In this document: positions 36,123 to 53,123 of the stretch, one piece after another
Numbering within the stretch: position 1 is the first letter of the stretch
Layout of the letters: the number at the start of each line of letters is the position of its first letter
From: Eledone cirrhosa
Lineage: Eukaryota
DNA: 64,000 bases
Assembly: GCA_964016885.1 (NCBI GenBank)
Contig: OZ024746.1
Coordinates: 53,134,001 to 53,198,000, forward strand
Direction of reading: 5' to 3'
Notes under the pieces: model-generated
The model's database searches: none
Told to the model about the DNA's origin: nothing
Seen by the model: only the letters and a program-made list of their open reading frames with translations
Position numbers and translations under genes: made by a program

Positions 36123-37149
36123 TGTGTGTGTGTGTGTATGTATGTGTGTGTTCGTGTGAGTCATTTGGGATGTTGACTATGTCCATATAAAAATGATATG
36201 GCTTCACCCATACTACTCCACTTCAGCTCAGCATGCTCAAACAGGAATGTACTTAGTGAAAAAGGGGACAATATAGCCAAACTGTTATACTACACCTCAT
36301 ATAATCCATCACTGCATAATTTATCATAAACAAAATGACATACAAGAAAACATAAATATAGCTAACGTTTTTCTCACCCTATGCGATTTTTGCAAATTGA
36401 AATTGCTTTAATCTCCAGGCCACAGAAATACACAAATAGAGAAATGAAATACACACAAACTTCCAGAGTTCTCCAGAGCTTCTCGAGATAAACTAAAAAG
36501 CTTAACTGAACTCCAGAACTACAGGTATCCCCCCCCCCCCCCATCCTGGTCTTGTCTATGTGGAATGTAGTTTGGAATGAAGGCTGTTTTATTGTTGTGT
36601 GGGTTTCAGAGAGTTTCTTGCTATATGTACTTTTGTGTTTCAGAATTGGTATTGTAGTGTATGTGTTGATTACTTTTCATTGTATGTAAACATGTACTTT
36701 AAAATGAACTCCGTGCAATCCTCAGATGTTGGGAAGATTGTCATTGTTTCCGCAGAAAAGTTGTACATTAAAAAAAAAAGTTTGTAAATGCTGTTGTTTT
36801 CTAGTTTTTGTGTAAGTATTCTGAAGACTGTGTAAAAACAATTCCTTTTGAACATGCAGTAAGGAGTCTGTTGATTGTGATTTAGTTTTTATCATTCTAA
36901 GATGTCCGTGTGTGCTGGAAGAGAATTTCCTGTGCGTCAAAATCTCCTTCTACCGGCATTCCAAACGTGATTCCCCCATCCTCTTCGCTAGCACATCTTG
37001 CGTAAGTTTACCCTGAATATGTAACCATTTGAAGGTAGTATTGTAATATTTGAGGAAGATTTGGCTGCAGTGCTTTGGCAGGTCGGACGAACGAGGCCCA
37101 GGCATAAACAGAATGGAGGTTTTATTAAGATTTCAACAACACCACTACA

Positions 37150-39140
37150 ATACATCCAATGACACCACATTTACCAACAATGTAGTTCATTAAAATTATT
37201 ATTGATACATCTAAATAAAATTGTTCTACGAGGCAACACAAACAACAGAACCCCAATTATACAACAGAAATAGCCAACTTCTTAAAAAAACACAGTCAAC
37301 CTCAGACATATTAAAGCAAAATTCCATACAACTGTAAAGAAGAACTTAACGTCGTCAAATACACGGAAATATCAATCAAACTAAACCCTTTAAAATCCCT
37401 TGAAAATTAGCAAACGTTTACATTTAACTTAAACCACAAAAACTAACAGTAAAACACTCCATAGAACAGCTAGTAACAACAACGATCACATTACGCCTCT
37501 TGTTACACTAACAATCTCAAATAATATACCGACAGTGGAACACCAAGCTATCACTTTTTTCAATCTTTTCTCGAAACTAAGCCACTAAAAACTACGGAAA
37601 GAGGACAGGAATACAAAACGTAATAAATAAATCAATAAATATATAATAACTGTCTACCTAAATCTCGATTTTGGTCCCTTCATTCTATCAGACACGCAAA
37701 ATGTGATAAGGAACTCTAAAAGCTCGAAATATTCAGAGCCCGACAAAATTCCAAGCATACACATAAAATACCTAAGAATAACTATGCCCACCAATATCTA
37801 CTAATTTTTAGAATCTGGAAGCTGAGCAAGATTAAAATAACTGAAGTATCCTTATACAGATCCTGCGCCTGCCTATGTGTTCCTTAAAGAAAGCTAATCT
37901 ATGACATCTTTAACATTCCTCTCTCCAAATTACAACCTGATTTTAGATTACAACACCTAGCCACCGTGTTACACAATATATGATGACGTCGGAAACAAAA
38001 AACCTCCTAGATCGACACCAACAAAGATTTTGACTCCCTTCTTCATTACTCACCCATACAAAAACTACCGAACATCACGTTATGAAACAACACAAAATAC
38101 TAGTTAGCCAGTTACATATAAATCTGCCAAATGTATGCAATGTAAAGAAACAACACTTCCAATAGCTGAACTTTCCTTGAAGGTATAAAGCAAAAATTCA
38201 TCTTCTCACTGACACTTTTTCAATCTATATCTATACAACCTGCTTACCACTCTACAAAACATAGAAGCAACTTCATACGCAAATGACATTACACTCACAT
38301 CTGCCTACCATTCTCCAGGCGCTACTACACAACTACCCCAATCCTATTTAAAACCACATAGAAATATGGCTTCATAATAACAAACTTCAAGTAGCAACCA
38401 TCAAATTCACCGTATCTCTTCTTACCAATAGCTTCAGAGAAGATTAAATACAACTATCACACTGAACAACATTAATATACTACACACTCACACAGAGAAG
38501 ACACAAACAATAGGAATTACATTGAGAACCTTTATAACATTCACAACACACAGAAGACACAGTAAAGAAAACGAAACTATACACAGACATGCGTAGAGCA
38601 ATCACAGACACCACATTTAGCTAACAGAAAAAAACAACAGCATGATGTACTATGTCTGTCCTGTCTGAGCTTCAAGTTTCTCAACAATAAATTACAAAGA
38701 ACACAAAACAGCACGCTACACATCATAACAATTTGTCAAACCACCTATAGAAAGTAACAAAAATATTAAAACTGAAAGACCATCTGGACATGCAACGAGC
38801 AGAGATTCCCTATCACTATATGAAACGACCTTCAAACATCCAAACACCCAGAGCACTACCACAACATCATGGAAACATTATATCTTGCACTCAGTTCAGT
38901 CAAGCCTAAGGATCACACACACACACAGAAATAGCTGCAGCATCAATATCAACACTGGTTCCAAACTCAGTGCTAGGATGAACACCACAATAATTGCAAA
39001 GGGACAGCAATTGTCAGGCTCCGACTGTATCCATCTTTCCAGCCTCTGCTCAGGCCATTACTAGAATTTCCGAGTATGTACGAATAGACTGGACATCGGA
39101 AAGTGCAATATATCTAAGCTCTCATACTACACCCCATACT
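37150..39140 (+). mobile_element. Highly decayed I/Jockey-group LINE
   Basis: A/C-rich strand; remnants resembling GPD.I (37735), IWKL (37813), G..Q...SPTLF (38182) and SYA(N/D)DIT (38273); no open frame. Confidence 0.5.
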
Positions 39141-39396
39141 ATTCACCACAGCACGTGGAAGTATAGAGATAAACTGAACAATTGAGAGTGTACAGCACAT
39201 CCAGATTTCACGCCGACTACACGTCAGACTGCGTAGTATATATGGAACTATAGAGATAAACTGGACAATATAGTGTGCAACCTGTCCATACTACTACAGA
39301 AATAGATTAGACAGTGGGGAGAATGAAACATGTACAGAATATATCCAGACTGTTACATTGCATCTCATACGATTCAGCATTATATGTCGGAGTATT

Positions 39397-39590
39397 GGCG
39401 GTGGATTGGCAGTATTGGGAGAGGGTCGGACGCCATGCTTTGACGTATAGAGTTACGGCCCTTGCCATTCTGAGTTCAAATACCGCTGAGGTTAACTTTG
39501 CCTTTCATCCTTACGGGGTCGATAAAATAAAGTACGAGTAATGCACTGGTTAATTGCTGGCCTTGTGCCTAACGTAGAAACAATTATATG
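39397..39590 (+). mobile_element. tRNA-derived SINE family A, full-length with TSD (representative of ~20 copies)
   Basis: B box gagttcaaat; central gcctttcatccttacggggtcgataaaataaagtac; 18-bp TSD attatatgtcggagtatt. Other copies at ~4350, 4665, 4850(-), 19865-20370 (x3), 24137, 25000(-), 27765, 34385, 40047(-), 42275(-), 44080(-), 47325(-), 48668(-), 55245(-), 57645-58197(-, x3) and 62155. Confidence 0.88.
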
Positions 39591-39989
39591 TCGGAGTATT
39601 TATAATAGTATAGTTCTCTCATACTATATGTCGGAGTGTGTAGTATGGTTCTCAACCAGACGGAATTATGATATGTTTGGGATGCTAGGTCTGTGTATCA
39701 GTCCTCACTGTCTATCCATCTGTCTATTCACAGTGCTGCCTAATCAGAGCTAATCTGTGGCAACGGAATTGGCCAATAAGAATGGCCTATTTGTGGTGGT
39801 GTTCGTTTGATTTGCTTGAAGTAGCAACCAAATCTCTCTCAAATTTTCAGAAATGAAGATCTGGGACAACTCAGCCAGACAATAACGAAGGTCTATTTGA
39901 AGCAGTCATACAAATTGCTAAAAATAGCAGCCAAATATGTCTTGAATCCTCAGAAAGGAAGGCCACGTTAGATTACGTAGTCCTTGAAT

Positions 39990-40051
<62 letters not shown>

Positions 40052-40209
40052 GTTTCTACATTTGGCACAAGGCCAGCAATTACCCAGTACATTAGTGGTA
40101 CTTTATTTTATCGACCCCGTAAGCAGGATTTGAACTCAGTCTGTAAAGTGACGTAACTATGCTGGAAAACATGGTGTCCGACCCTCTACCGATACTGCCA
40201 ATCCACAGC

Positions 40210-40391
<182 letters not shown>

Positions 40392-40930
40392 AGATGGTGT
40401 TATCACAAGTGTATGGAATGTCTTTAATCAGAGATTTGCTCAATCAGACTTGGGGCTAAACAACAACAACAACAAGAAAGAAAGACAATCCAAAAATTAC
40501 CTCCAGTTTTACCAAAGTTTAATTTTTCAACAGTAAAAAGATATACACAACCATTTTTTAATGATTTTTTAAGTGTTGCATTATGTTGTTTTTTTTCTTG
40601 TTTTTATATATTTTTTTCTTTACAACATTTTTTTTTTTATAGTTTTTACTGATATAAATTTGTGTTTTCAAGAAACAACCTTCAGTTTTTTTTTTTAATT
40701 TATTATTTTTTTTGATTGCCAGTTCGTTATCCATGGCCCTGGATTAATTGTAAGCCCGTAGCCCGAGGTGGTAAACTTCTGAATCTTAGTTTTTTATAAC
40801 CCCAAAATCTTATCTCATAACCCAAGCTTCAACTTCATTATTTTTCAAATTTTCTTTAAGTTTTGTTTTACTTTAATAGCTCAGCTCATATAATACATGC
40901 AAGCAGTCAGTCATAAATATATCTGGTGTT

Positions 40931-40992
<62 letters not shown>

Positions 40993-41035
40993 GTATATAT
41001 GTATATATATATATATATACTGTATATATATATAT

Positions 41036-41137
<102 letters not shown>

Positions 41138-41660
41138 CATATCGCAAGTTTCAGAAAACTTTCGTCTTTCAATGCATAAAAATAACATCACTTCATTTGT
41201 TTAAACTCAGCTCTCAAAACCTTACTTTGTTTTATTTATATGTCTCTAAAAACAATCAGGAAAAAAAATTAACATAAAGACCTTAATGAAAGAGTTAAAG
41301 AATAAAACTGTCTTTTAGAAGAAAGAATCGTTACAACAACAAAAATGAAATGAAATGAAAGATGATAACTGGGTAGACGAAATTAAGGCCAATATTTTTG
41401 TTCTAGTGACGATAATGGAATAATTCAGAAAGATATTTGAATTAAGAACTGTTTAATTCTTTAAACCCTGGACGGTATTCTTCTTCTGAATCGAGAAAAG
41501 TTTTTTTTGTTGTTGTTTGTTTGTTAGTTCATTAGTTATTTTCTTTGTTGTACTTACTATTGTATTATATATTGGTATTGATATTAATATTACCTGATGT
41601 TATATAGGGGTCGTTTGTTATATTTTATAATACATCTCTCCATATATATATATGGATGTA

Positions 41661-41723
<63 letters not shown>

Positions 41724-42637
41724 CACATATTAAATACAAATATATATATTCATATATTGTGTACATACTAGATACATATATATATGATATATATATATGT
41801 GTATATATATATGTGCGTATATATATGTGTGTATGTATGTATATATATATATACAGAGAGAGGGAGAGAGAGAGAGAAAGAGAGAGAGAGGGGGGAGAGA
41901 GAAAGAGAAATAAATAAATATATAAAGACAGATAGAAAGAAATCTTCATTTTTCACTTTAAAATTTCTATAACATTGATAACTACAAAAGCTACATATAA
42001 CGATATATATATATACTTTAAATTCTTCCCACCTGACATAAGGTCTATGAATATGGAGACTAAAACCTCCTTCGATAACATAAGCAATTTCCTTATTATG
42101 GTTTTATATCATGCCACACAGCTAAGACAAGTTGTAATATTAGTCGTAGTGATGAATAAGGTTTCAATAATTTTTCGACAAAAAACAAACAAAAATAAAA
42201 TAAAATACAATAAAATAAAGAACAAACAAAATATATTCGTTCATTATTTTACTTGTTGCAATCATTGGATAGCAATAATTGTTTCTATATTTGGCACAAG
42301 GCCAGCAATTATCCCAGTGTATTACTGGTACTTTATTTTATCGACCCCCGTAAGGATGAAAGGCAAAGTTATCCTCGGCGGGATTTGAACTCAGACCATA
42401 AAGGGACGTAACTCTTTGCTGCAAAGCATGGCGTCCGACCCTCTACCGATACTGCCAATCTACCATAATGCTAGGGCACTAGCTCAAAGGGAGATTTTTT
42501 TTTAGTAGATAATATCGACGACCTCAGTACTAAGTGTGATATATATATATATATGTGTGTGTGTTCAAATAATTTCCCTATCGATTTCTTTCCCACCGCA
42601 GAACCGCTAGTCACGACGAGACCCCAAGAAAAAGTTA

Positions 42638-42706
<69 letters not shown>

Positions 42707-42875
42707 TATGAACACCCAAACTGATTCCGTCTACGTAATTAAACTTATAAAGAATTGGTCAACTCAAGACTATAGTAGAATACAATTGTCCAAAGTGTTC
42801 AATCCGAAACCTTGGGGTTGCGAAGCGAACTCCTTAACCATACAGCCATGCGTGCGCCTATAAAAGATTCTAAGA

Positions 42876-42919
<44 letters not shown>

Positions 42920-43105
42920 TTCATTCGTTGAGTTTCTGCCTGCCGACCTCAATAGATAAGACGATACCTATGAAAATGCTGATTTCAAAGTACTGGAATG
43001 TCTAGAGAACGAATAGAATGGAAAAAGATATACAAACCAAATAAAGAAAGCATCAGAAACAATAACAACAAAGGTATATATATATATATATATTTATATG
43101 TGTGA

Positions 43106-43138
<33 letters not shown>

Positions 43139-43221
43139 TCCCAGGTTGAATTTCGTTATAACGGAATTTCACTGTATATACATATGTATACATACATACA
43201 TACATACATACATACACACAC

Positions 43222-43254
<33 letters not shown>

Positions 43255-43338
43255 AATGAAGTATTTCCGTCGGAAATACTTATATATATATATATACATA
43301 TATACTTATATATATACATAAATATTTATATATATATA

Positions 43339-43474
<136 letters not shown>

Positions 43475-44492
43475 CATACATATGTAATATGGTAGGTGGA
43501 AGGATTGATAAATAGCTACACGAATACTTATCAGGTGTGTGTGTGACCGTAAACATTGTTAGATATATAATAAAGAGCAGAGCGAAAAGGGCAGTTTCCA
43601 TAACACCTTTATTTTTCAAGGCGACCGTGACTGGTGGGAGAGAAGGAAAAGGATAAAGGAACCATTACGATTTATAAGCTACTGCATATTTTGTATGCAG
43701 CACATTAGAGTAGCGAGATATCCCCTAAACCGGATACTAATGGCGGGTTAAGTTGGGGAATGGCGCTAACTGGGTTGGAGCCAGGCTCCCGAATGTTTAA
43801 ATGGACCGGGATTATTTTTTTGCTACCATAAATAACACGCAAGGGTCCCGATGAAATTCAAACCTGGAGCTACATGCAAACTTAATCTGCCCCTGCCAGA
43901 TATATGTTGTCTATAGACTACGATAAATGCAACAATCGTGGACAAACTAGGTAATGGCGTTAACGTGACGGATGAAGTTGCTTAGCTATTGTCCTCTTTC
44001 ACACCAACACCAACACCAACATCAACACTACCACTATCACATGATTGTATCACTTCAACGAGCAAGACAACCCTGCTAAATAATTGTTTCTGATTTAGGC
44101 ACAAGGCCAACAATTTTGGTGAGAGGAGAAAGTCGATTACATCGACTCCAGTACATTACTGGTACTTTATTTTATCGACCCCGTAAGGATGAAAGGCAAA
44201 GTTAACCTCGGTGGGATTTGAACTCAGAACATAACGGGCCGTAACTTTATGCCATGAAGCAGGGTGTCCGACATTCTACAGATACTACCAAACCACCGCC
44301 CTGCTAATAGAAGCACTACAAACGAGGAGCACGACTGTATTCTCGAGTTCTGCGGGGAACATAAGACGTTTGAATAAAAAATAATTCTTAGAATTTGAGA
44401 TACTAGGGAACACGATATAACAAGAATGTTTTGTAAAAAATTAATCAAATGAAATCTAGATATATATTTCCTTCACCCCCGACTTTTATATT

Positions 44493-44533
<41 letters not shown>

Positions 44534-44641
44534 GGAAAAGAGTCAGGACCTCGATGGCTGAGCTCCGGCTGTTTCGACAGCTAGAGTGCGTTATGGTCCA
44601 CCCAGTATCTTACCACATTTTCTTTGTTATACACACACACA

Positions 44642-44693
<52 letters not shown>

Positions 44694-45583
44694 ATATACT
44701 TATGTATATATATACAAATGTATATTCACACACACACATACATATATATCTAAGTTCTAAAGTCTGTCTAAAGTGAGAATGCTCATTTGGCCAGTGCTTA
44801 TCCCGGTTTCATGGGATGAAGCAACCGAGAGTACAAGACTCCCCCTGGACAGTACGCCAGTTCATCACAGGGTTAAACCTCATTTTCAGCTGAGTATACT
44901 AGATCAACGTGACATGAAGTGTTTTGCTCAAGAACACAATACGCAACCCAGGAATCGATCACACAACGTTATGATCGTAGGTACAACACCCTTACCACTA
45001 GGCCATGTGCCTCCACTACACACACACACACACGCACATACACATATATATGTATATAGGAAAAGAATCATGACCCGAGGGCTGAGCCCCGGCCGTTTCG
45101 ACAGCTAGATCCTATTATCCACTCTACTACCCTAAGTATCGAGTACTCTGATGCTTTATGATCCACCTGCTTTCTTACCATATATATGTAGGTATATATA
45201 TATATTCTACTTTGGGAAGGCCGTGCTTTCAATGAAATCACAAGCAACAGATATATTCACTTCGGAGATTCTATGATACATGAAATATATTCGTTGTATC
45301 AAAGTGGCCAGATTAAGCTTGATTTTGAGAAAACTGGGAACAGAATGTACAGACAACGTGAACATTTTAAACAGAAAATCTCAAGAGCAAATATCCAGGA
45401 GAAAAATCATGTATGTATATGTGTTATATATATATGTAGGACAAGAAAGATAGCCTAATGATAAGCTGATAAACGCTAAGGGAGATAACCAAAAGTTTCT
45501 TTCAAGTTAGAGGGAGATAAGTACCACTGCCTCCCCATATATAAATTTCACGCAAGCTCACACACTCAGACACGCACACATAA

Positions 45584-45662
<79 letters not shown>

Positions 45663-45751
45663 GTTATATTTGGGGGTTGTCATGTTGCCAGCATTGCCAA
45701 TAAAAAGAACGCACGCACCACATAATTTTAACCTAATTCAATTTAGCTTTA

Positions 45752-45864
<113 letters not shown>

Positions 45865-45937
45865 ATACACTTTCATACTTCTGTCTGCAATAGCCCAAAA
45901 CTGTTTCCCTGCCCAATATTATATATGTATATATATC

Positions 45938-45980
<43 letters not shown>

Positions 45981-46020
45981 GCACACATGTATATATATGT
46001 ATATATATACATATATACAC

Positions 46021-46145
<125 letters not shown>

Positions 46146-46663
46146 ATGTATATATACATGCGTGTGTATGGTATATTACAATTCGTACTTGATTAACAAG
46201 ACTATTATAACTATAACATATAACAACATCAGTAACAATTATTGTTTTATTTATTATTGTTGATAATATGACTTTCTGTCTGATCTTTACATCGTGTCAT
46301 ATGTTTCGGTTGTTCCCTGCTCAGTCTCTCACACAGCACCATCTCTCTAACTATGTATCTATTTATCTCTCTCGCTCTACTACAATATACTAATTCCATT
46401 GTCACGACTCTCTTTTTTCCTCCTCCTCCTCCTCCTCCTCCTCCTCTCCCCTTTCTCTGTCTCTCATTCACACACTTACACACACATACATGCATACAAA
46501 CATATATATATATATATTGATATATATGTATATATATTATATATATATATATCATATATATATGTTATATATATATACATATGTATATATATATTATATA
46601 TATATACATATGTATATATATATTATATATCTCTATATATATATTATATATATGTATGTATAT

Positions 46664-46736
<73 letters not shown>

Positions 46737-47109
46737 GTATGTGTGTGTGTGTGTGTACATATATACAATATATGCTTGTGTAGGTATTATAAGGATGTGC
46801 TTATGTATGTGTATATATAATATATACGCACTTACACACACAAACAGCTGGAGACACACACACACAGATACATATACATACATGCGTATAAGATTGATAT
46901 CAATGATGATGATAATAATGATGATGATCATAACTTTTGGTGAGGATGAAGTTAATGTCGAGGATGTTGATGATAGTGATGATAATGATACCGCTGTATG
47001 TAGGTTTTAGTCCATCACATTTCCTCCACACACTACGAAATAAAAGATGGAAAGTGTGGAAGATCTATCTCTACATTTAGAAAAAGACAACAATAATCTG
47101 TCAACTAAT

Positions 47110-47753
47110 TCCTTAACATTTTGATACCAAACCACCTGAAACTACCTGTAGTTCTATGATACAAAATTGTTTCTTTTAAAGTGTTTGTATTTATCTTAAA
47201 CACATTCTTTAACCCTTTAGTATTTAAACCAGCCATATCCAGTCAGAATTATCTCACCTCTTTCTATTCAAACTGGTTGTAACTGGCCACTGATATTGAT
47301 GTTAAGGTATTGTTCTCAACATAAATAATTGTTTCTACTATTGGCACAAGGCCAGCAATTATCCAGTACATTACTGGTACTTTATTTTATCGACCCCGTA
47401 AGGATGAAAGGCAAAGTTAACCTCGGCGGGATTTGAACTCAGAATGGCAAGGGCGTCAAAGCAAAGCGTCCGGCCCTTTACCGATACTGCCAATTCACCG
47501 CCCGTTCTCAACATAAATAATATCAAAATCTCATAGATTTGATATTAAGTGAGATAAAGACTTTACTGTGAAAATACAATAGTAAATATAGAGTAATGTA
47601 AATGCTAAAAGGTTAAGAGTTATTCCAAACACCAACTTAATAATAAAAAGTTTAGTTATTTTACTAAATCCTTCTGAATTCTGATTATTTTCAAAATTAT
47701 TTGAAAGTTATAGGCAACGTGTTTCATTGGAAATATGGTAACAAAAGGGTTAA
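47110..47753. mobile_element. Nested TTAA-flanked (piggyBac-type) MITEs with a SINE inside
   Basis: Inner element TTAAccctttagtattt (47209) ... aaatgctaaaaggTTAA (47615); outer ends ttaacattttgatacc/ggtaacaaaagggTTAA. End fragments also at ~2930-2996, ~3131-3190 and ~15290-15333. Confidence 0.6.
47326..47503 (-). mobile_element. SINE family A with 18-bp TSD
   Basis: gttctcaacataaataat at 47312 and 47504. Confidence 0.85.
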
Positions 47754-49089
47754 TTTCATGAATTTAGGATAAAAAAATGAATCAAATGAAATGATAAGTA
47801 TGGAAGATGTAAAAATGTGGCATGCATTAAAGATGTGCAATTTACACAGTTTTCATGAAATTTATAAAAGAAAACTAATAAATTTATGAACCATAGTCAC
47901 AAATGGGAAAGGGGAACACTATTGGAACCTTTGAAATGACTTCTAGGCAGATTTCTTCACAAACATACATACGTACGTATATACATACATACATACACAC
48001 ACACACACCATATTTATGTGAATATAATCTGAGGAATAAGTAACCAAAAACTCGATGGGTTATATCCGGCATTCATATTTTGACAATTTTCGCTAACTTC
48101 AAATGAATTAAGGTGCTAAAATACCTGGAGTGATTATTTTCAATGAAACTCTGTTTTCTACATTTACTATTATCAGTTTTATTTGTTCATTGCCTTGAGA
48201 ACATTCCCAGCAATTTTTATTATTATTTGAACCTTTTAATACCCTAACCCTAACCCCTCCATACATACGCACACATGTATATCATGACTAACACACTGTT
48301 CACTTTCCTGACATTTGTACGTTATTCTATGTACTATACATGCACCTTTGATGAGTTGTAGTGCACCTGAGCACTGTACACAATAATTTCATTATCATTA
48401 TCACTGGCATAAATGTGCTCTGACTATTTTTCACTTTAAAATTAGTTTTATTTTATTTCACTTGCTGTTTCTCTCTCTCTCTCTCTCTCTTTCTCTATTT
48501 TTTTCTCACTCTGTCTCTTCTCTTTCTCACTTGCTGTCTCTCTCCCCCACCCCTTCTACTATTCTGAACCCTTATACAGTGTTTTCTTTCAACTATTCTC
48601 TATTCATTTCAATCTACTCTCAGTGTTATTAATAATCTCCATAATGATTAAAGAAAATCTTTTTTTAAATAATTGTTTCTACTTTTAGGCACAAGGCCAG
48701 CAATTAACCAGTGCATTACTGGTACTTTATTTTATCGACCCCGTAAAGATGAAAGGCAAAGTCAACCTCGACGGGATTTGAACTCAGATCGTAAAGGGAC
48801 GTAACTATGCTGGAAAGCATGGCATCCAACCCTCTACTGATACTGCCAATCCACCGCGCTCTTTTTAAAATCTTTTTTTAAATAATCTTTTTTTAAATAA
48901 TACCTTGAACTAAAAATATAATTCCAATTCTTTATATTATACTAATTCATAATTTTCTCATACTTTTATATCTTCTAATTGCTGATTAGCTGTCTCAGCT
49001 TATAAACAGGGTTGGGATTTTTACCCATTTCTAAGACATATAATAGGGATCAGTTTATGTTTGAATATATATGCTATGATAACATACAG

Positions 49090-49193
<104 letters not shown>

Positions 49194-49318
49194 CTTTACA
49201 AAAGAAAGGTGGCAGTGACTTCGAAGTTTCAGTGATATTGCCTATTCAAACCTATGCTCTGCTCACATGTATTGAGGACATGTGCTTACATCTATTTATC
49301 TGACTCTCTCTCTCATCT

Positions 49319-49363
<45 letters not shown>

Positions 49364-49596
49364 TATATATATATATGTACATATGTATACATATATATAC
49401 ATATATATATACATATATAAACATATGTACATATATATACATATATATGTACATATATATATATATATATGTACATATATATATATATATATATATACAT
49501 ATATATACATTTATATAAACATACCGTGTTTCTTTAGAAATACGAAATTTCTATACATATTTGTATAAAGCTATGCTTGAGGCGAAATCCTATTTC

Positions 49597-49636
<40 letters not shown>

Positions 49637-49679
49637 CATATACATACATATATGTATACATATACATATATGTGTATAC

Positions 49680-49720
<41 letters not shown>

Positions 49721-49822
49721 CATACATATATATACGTATACATACATGTATATATATACATATATATATATATATATACATATACATACATATATATACA
49801 TATATATACGTATACATACATG

Positions 49823-49888
<66 letters not shown>

Positions 49889-50159
49889 ATTTCTTACTAG
49901 TTCTGTTTCTTTCTGTTTTAGAATACATCTGATAGAGCTAGTCCTCTCAGAACAACAGCTATTATTTAATAATTAAACATATATCTACTTTACTTCCTGT
50001 ATTGAATACTCTGCCTTAAATTTAGGTTCTCTCTACTTTAAACAAATACATTAACAATTACACTCACTTCCACATAGAATTCATTCCCATATATTTTTAC
50101 AGTTCTGCATAAGATATAGTAACAAACAATCGCAAAAGATGTCACAAAATTGTTAACCA

Positions 50160-50530
50160 ACAACAACCCTGAGTAGATTTTTGATTTCCATGTGTCTAAC
50201 ACACGTGGACATGCCCACAAAGTCAGAAAACAGCACAGCTCCCATGACTTTCGGAAACATTTTTTCACGCTCAGAGTTGCTGAAGCATGGAACAAACTAC
50301 CTGCATCAGTTGTTAGCTGTCGAGACACTGCATCCTTTAAAACCTCCATGCTTCCCGAGATTCGCCAACACTACACTTAATATTCCCCCTCCATACACAT
50401 ACACACATGTATATCATGACTCATACACTATTCACTTCCCTGACATGTGTATATTATTCTATGTACTATACATGCACCTTTGACGAGTTGTAGTGCATCT
50501 TTACACAATAATTTCATTATTATTATTATA
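50160..50530 (+). mobile_element. CR1/L2-group LINE 3' end (shorter 3'UTR copy at ~48255-48400)
   Basis: NTRGHAHKVRKQ..FRKHFFTLRVAEAWNKLPASVV motif, 3'UTR and (ATT)n tail. Confidence 0.8.
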
Positions 50531-50860
50531 AGTTCAAATCCTGAATAACATTTACCTCTCGACTGTAATATAAAGCATGTACACACACACACAAACACAC
50601 ACACACTGTTTAATCAGACACATACACACTTTCTACACAAAATACACAAAAACACCCAGTTTCAATTTAATAGAATATAAATCTGCCCTCCCTGCCACAC
50701 CATTATCATGATCATCATGATCATCATGATCATCATCATCATATCACCATAAGTCATCACCCTATCTTTTTCAATTTACATTAAAGGATCTGGTATCGCT
50801 CTATCTGCCCTATATATCATCATTATTTTACGTCCGCTTTTCCCTGCTTGCAACGGTGGG

Positions 50861-50945
<85 letters not shown>

Positions 50946-50985
50946 CACACATATATATGAATATATATATATATATATGTATATA

Positions 50986-51075
<90 letters not shown>

Positions 51076-51198
51076 CAAATAGACATGCAAATTACATATC
51101 TCTGTACAATTGTTGTTTCATGATATTGAAACGTACATGTCACACACATCCAATGCATAAATACTTTCCTTAATTTAAGTTAGGCTCAATACATATGT

Positions 51199-51242
<44 letters not shown>

Positions 51243-51276
51243 ATATTTATTTATATATATATATATATATTTATTT

Positions 51277-51336
<60 letters not shown>

Positions 51337-52031
51337 ATATATATATGTGTGTGTGTTTGTGTTTGTGTGTGTGTATATATACAAGCATTTATGCTTTCGT
51401 ACATATATAGATACCGACATCCATATATACATTCATACAGACATATATATACATACTGGCAATTTGTAAGTTAGTTTAGAACACAATAACCCTGGTGACA
51501 GTACCGTATACACAAACAAACATCTTGTATATATAATAGAAGAATAGAAGATAACGAACAAGATAAAACAGCAAAATACCAAAATGAAATGAAAAAATAT
51601 CAAAAATCAAATAAAAGAAAATAATATATGAAATTCAAGATAATAATCAATAATTAATAATATATATATAATGTTGAGTGAGGCTGTGTTGACCAAAGTG
51701 TGATAGAAGAGCAGAAATTGTTTGGAGAATGGCTTCTTTGAGGAAGGAATTATCTCAAGTTATTTTTCATATATAGTGTAGTTCTTCATATATTTATTTA
51801 TCAATGAAGCAAGTTGAAATAGATTTAGAATTGGTAAAACAAGTTTGTAGTTTTGATTTTTGAGTTGAGTTTTTCACTTCGAGTTTGATTTTGAGTTTGA
51901 GTTGAGATTGAGATTGAGTTTTGAGTTTTAGTTTGACTTTTTGCAAATGATAATGTCAAATCTTGAAATAAATGAGAAATTAAAAAGATAAAATAAAAAT
52001 TTATTGCTTTTTTTTTTCAAGATAGATAGAC

Positions 52032-52167
<136 letters not shown>

Positions 52168-52293
52168 TGTGAGAGACAGACTGGAACATAGATAGATAGA
52201 TAACGAGATAGATGGCTATACAGATAGGCAAGTAGTTTAGTGGGTAGATAGATACATAGTTAGACAGACAGATAGATAGATAGAGAGATAGAG

Positions 52294-52339
<46 letters not shown>

Positions 52340-52484
52340 AATTAACAGGTAGATAGGTAAATAAATAATTAAATAGATAGTTGCAAGAACTTATTGATAG
52401 AGATTAAGACAGAGAGAGGAAGTAGATACACAGATGAATAAGCAGACAGATTACGTATATATATATGCATGTGCATACATACAT

Positions 52485-52563
<79 letters not shown>

Positions 52564-52664
52564 GTAGTGTGTGTGTGTATGTAGAGAGAGAGAAATTGAA
52601 AGAAAAGAGTTGGAGGAAGACACAGAGAGAGTGTCAGAGAGTGAAAGAGTCAGAGAGAGAGAGT

Positions 52665-52736
<72 letters not shown>

Positions 52737-53089
52737 CAAACAATGTATGTTTAAAAAAAATAGCTAAACAAGGCCTCGAAAAACAGTTTAGGAAAAAAAT
52801 GGTGGGGTTTTGGTTCAAATTAGAAAACTGGGGTGTGGAAGAGGAAAAAAAAAAGACCGATTTTTTACAGTTGTTCTTGACCTGTATTTTTTTTTCTTTT
52901 TTTTTTTTGAACAGTTACAAATGTCCATATATGGCAAATTTTTATGCATACTGCACACACATTGCACACACACACATGCCATAGTATATACAAAGACTTG
53001 CACACTTATGCAGATAAATAATTGATGCAGGTTTTGATAACATATATATCATTATTATTTATTATTTATTATTATTATTAATATTATTA

Positions 53090-53123
<34 letters not shown>

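Noticed and set aside
36902-37001. Possible plus-strand exon (ctaAG ... TGC|GTAAGT) with an open frame
   Set aside because: No recognisable protein and no partner exons; adjacent to decayed TE sequence.
40723-40749. Possible 27-nt plus-strand micro-exon after a poly-T tract
   Set aside because: Such signals arise readily in T-rich DNA and no host gene could be identified.
43259-43281. Short perfect hairpin aagtatttcc-gtc-ggaaatactt between microsatellites
   Set aside because: Too short to assign; likely a TE scrap. A Tigger/pogo-like TIR remnant is nearby at ~43140-43176.
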